Positions 62,805-64,000 of a stretch of DNA of 64,000 nt are shown here, piece by piece; position 1 is the first letter of the stretch; the number at the start of each line of letters is the position of its first letter. Below the pieces are notes generated by a model that saw only the letters and a program-made list of their open reading frames with translations, was not told the origin of the DNA and ran no database searches. Source of the stretch: an uncultured delta proteobacterium (GTDB taxonomy: Bacteria > Desulfobacterota > Binatia > UBA9968). The DNA lies in contig CAVXEP010000025.1 of assembly GCA_963760795.1 (NCBI GenBank), positions 96,001-160,000 of the forward strand, in the 5' to 3' direction. A program made the translations under genes and the position numbers.

Positions 62805-63659
62805 TCAGCGAAACAGCACCGCCGCCAGCTCCGAACGATACTGGTCGGTCAATGGATCGTCCGAGCCCAGCACTTCGAAGATTTGGATCATCGCCTTGCG
62901 CGCGCCGTCGTCTTTGAACTTGCGGTCGGCCTTGACGACTTGGAGAAACTCGCTGAGCGCTTCGTCGTATTTCTCGACGCCGGCCAGCGTCTGTGCGAGA
63001 TCGAAACGCGCCTCGATATTGTTCGGATCCGCGGCGATTTTTTCCCTAAGAACCGCCTCGTTTTGCGCGCCGCCCGCCTGAAGATTGAGACGAGCGATCA
63101 TGCGCTCGGCTTCTTTGCGCTCGTCGGCGACGAGCGAAATCCTGTCGAGATATTCCCGCGCCGCGGCGTTATCGCCGCCGGTCATGGCCATGCGAGCCAT
63201 GCCCAACAGCGCCTGGCCATGATTGGCATCGGCGGCCAAGATCGCTTCATAGGCGGATTTGGCTTCGGCCATTTGTCCCTCGGCTTCAAGGGCCATGGCC
63301 GCTTGCGCTTGCTGATCGCCGGCTGTGGGCAAAAACTTGGTGAGAAACTCGCGCAGCATCGGCTCGGGCAAGGCACCGGTGAACTCCGAGGCCAGATCGC
63401 CGTCGCGAAATAGTTTCACCGCGGGAATGCCCTGGATGTTGAACATGCCCGCCAGGTTGGGGTTTTCGTCGACATTGAGTTTAGCCAGAACAAAGCCGCC
63501 GGCGTATTCGTCGGCCAACTTTTCTAATACCGGCCCCAGGGTTTTGCACGGGCCGCACCACTCGGCCCAGAAGTCGACCAACACCGGCACTTCGCTCGAG
63601 CGCTCCAGCACCGCCGCCTCAAAATTTTCCTCGTTAACGTCGATGGTCCACTGGTTCAT
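62805..63659 (-). CDS. cnoX: Thioredoxin-TPR chaperedoxin (CnoX/YbbN)
   Basis: PVLVDFWAEWCGPCK, GIPAVK, FTGALPE, TPRs, C-terminal YRSELAAVLF. Confidence 0.9.
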   Translation of the reverse strand: MNQWTIDVNEENFEAAVLERSSEVPVLVDFWAEWCGPCKTLGPVLEKLADEYAGGFVLAKLNVDENPNLAGMFNIQGIPAVKLFRDGDLASEFTGALPEPMLREFLTKFLPTAGDQQAQAAMALEAEGQMAEAKSAYEAILAADANHGQALLGMARMAMTGGDNAAAREYLDRISLVADERKEAERMIARLNLQAGGAQNEAVLREKIAADPNNIEARFDLAQTLAGVEKYDEALSEFLQVVKADRKFKDDGARKAMIQIFEVLGSDDPLTDQYRSELAAVLFR

Positions 63660-63696
63660 TTTTTTTCACTCGCTTCATTGGAACGTTTGGAACAAA

Positions 63697-63942
63697 CTAT
63701 TTGGCGATAATCGCCTTGGCGAAGTTGCGCACCTTGGCCGCAGCCGGGCGCATCGCGTAAACCACCGCTTCGGTGATCTCGTCCTCCGACGCGCCGCACT
63801 CGCGGGCTCTTTTCAAATGCAGCGTGGCGCCCTCTTCGTGGCCGATCGAGATACAGACCGCGAAGAAAATCAGCTGCGCGGTTTTCGCATCGAGCGAACC
63901 CTCTTTGTACTTCACGTTGAAAAATTCTTTATCGATGGTCAT
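63697..63942 (-). CDS. Small carboxymuconolactone decarboxylase (CMD/AhpD-like) protein
   Basis: GSLDAKTAQLI..AV, HLKRARECGASEDEITEAV; AAGGAG RBS. Confidence 0.8.
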   Translation of the reverse strand: MTIDKEFFNVKYKEGSLDAKTAQLIFFAVCISIGHEEGATLHLKRARECGASEDEITEAVVYAMRPAAAKVRNFAKAIIAK

Positions 63943-63951
63943 ATTTACTCC

Positions 63952-64000
63952 TTATGATTTTCTCGCCAAACCGTTGAAACAAACCCAGGTGGGCAGGTTT
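63952..64000 (-). CDS. 3' end of an unidentified gene entering the window
   Basis: Open frame NLPTWVCFNGLARKS* ending 9 nt before the CMD gene start; too short to identify. Confidence 0.35.
   Translation of the reverse strand, partial: NLPTWVCFNGLARKS

Overview
GC-rich bacterial chromosomal window. Gene content suggests a deltaproteobacterial-type organism, possibly Candidatus Binatia/Binatota (inference: orphan solute-binding proteins, amidohydrolase and NIPSNAP genes, and the kdsB-pyrG-kdsA-kdsD-kdsC-lptCAB-rpoN-ptsN-rapZ-ptsH-metK-ahcY block). About 60 CDS; I saw no tRNA, rRNA, CRISPR array, transposase or prophage. Housekeeping blocks (glmU-glmS, moaB-D-E, pyrD, rlmE, hemW, putA) alternate with accessory metabolic genes. 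Best leads: (1) a four-gene operon encoding a cysteine-dioxygenase-like cupin, a divergent asparaginase-fold protein, a Co-type nitrile hydratase alpha subunit with a ~140-aa repeated N-terminal extension, and a stand-alone beta-subunit SH3 domain; (2) a near-consensus sigma70 promoter for kdsB-pyrG whose T6-C7-C8-G9 start region opens directly into an intrinsic terminator, suggesting CTP-sensing start-site selection coupled to attenuation; (3) an inverted sigma54 site abutting the promoter of lptCAB-rpoN; (4) a divergent pair of di-iron proteins; (5) an olsB/olsA deletion-fusion relic; (6) a PTPS-III-type pterin synthase divergent from yqeC-mocA. Seven single-base frameshifts and one in-frame TAG, including one in kdsB, suggest residual sequencing or assembly errors, so disrupted genes need caution. 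All family calls are from manual motif recognition, not database searches.
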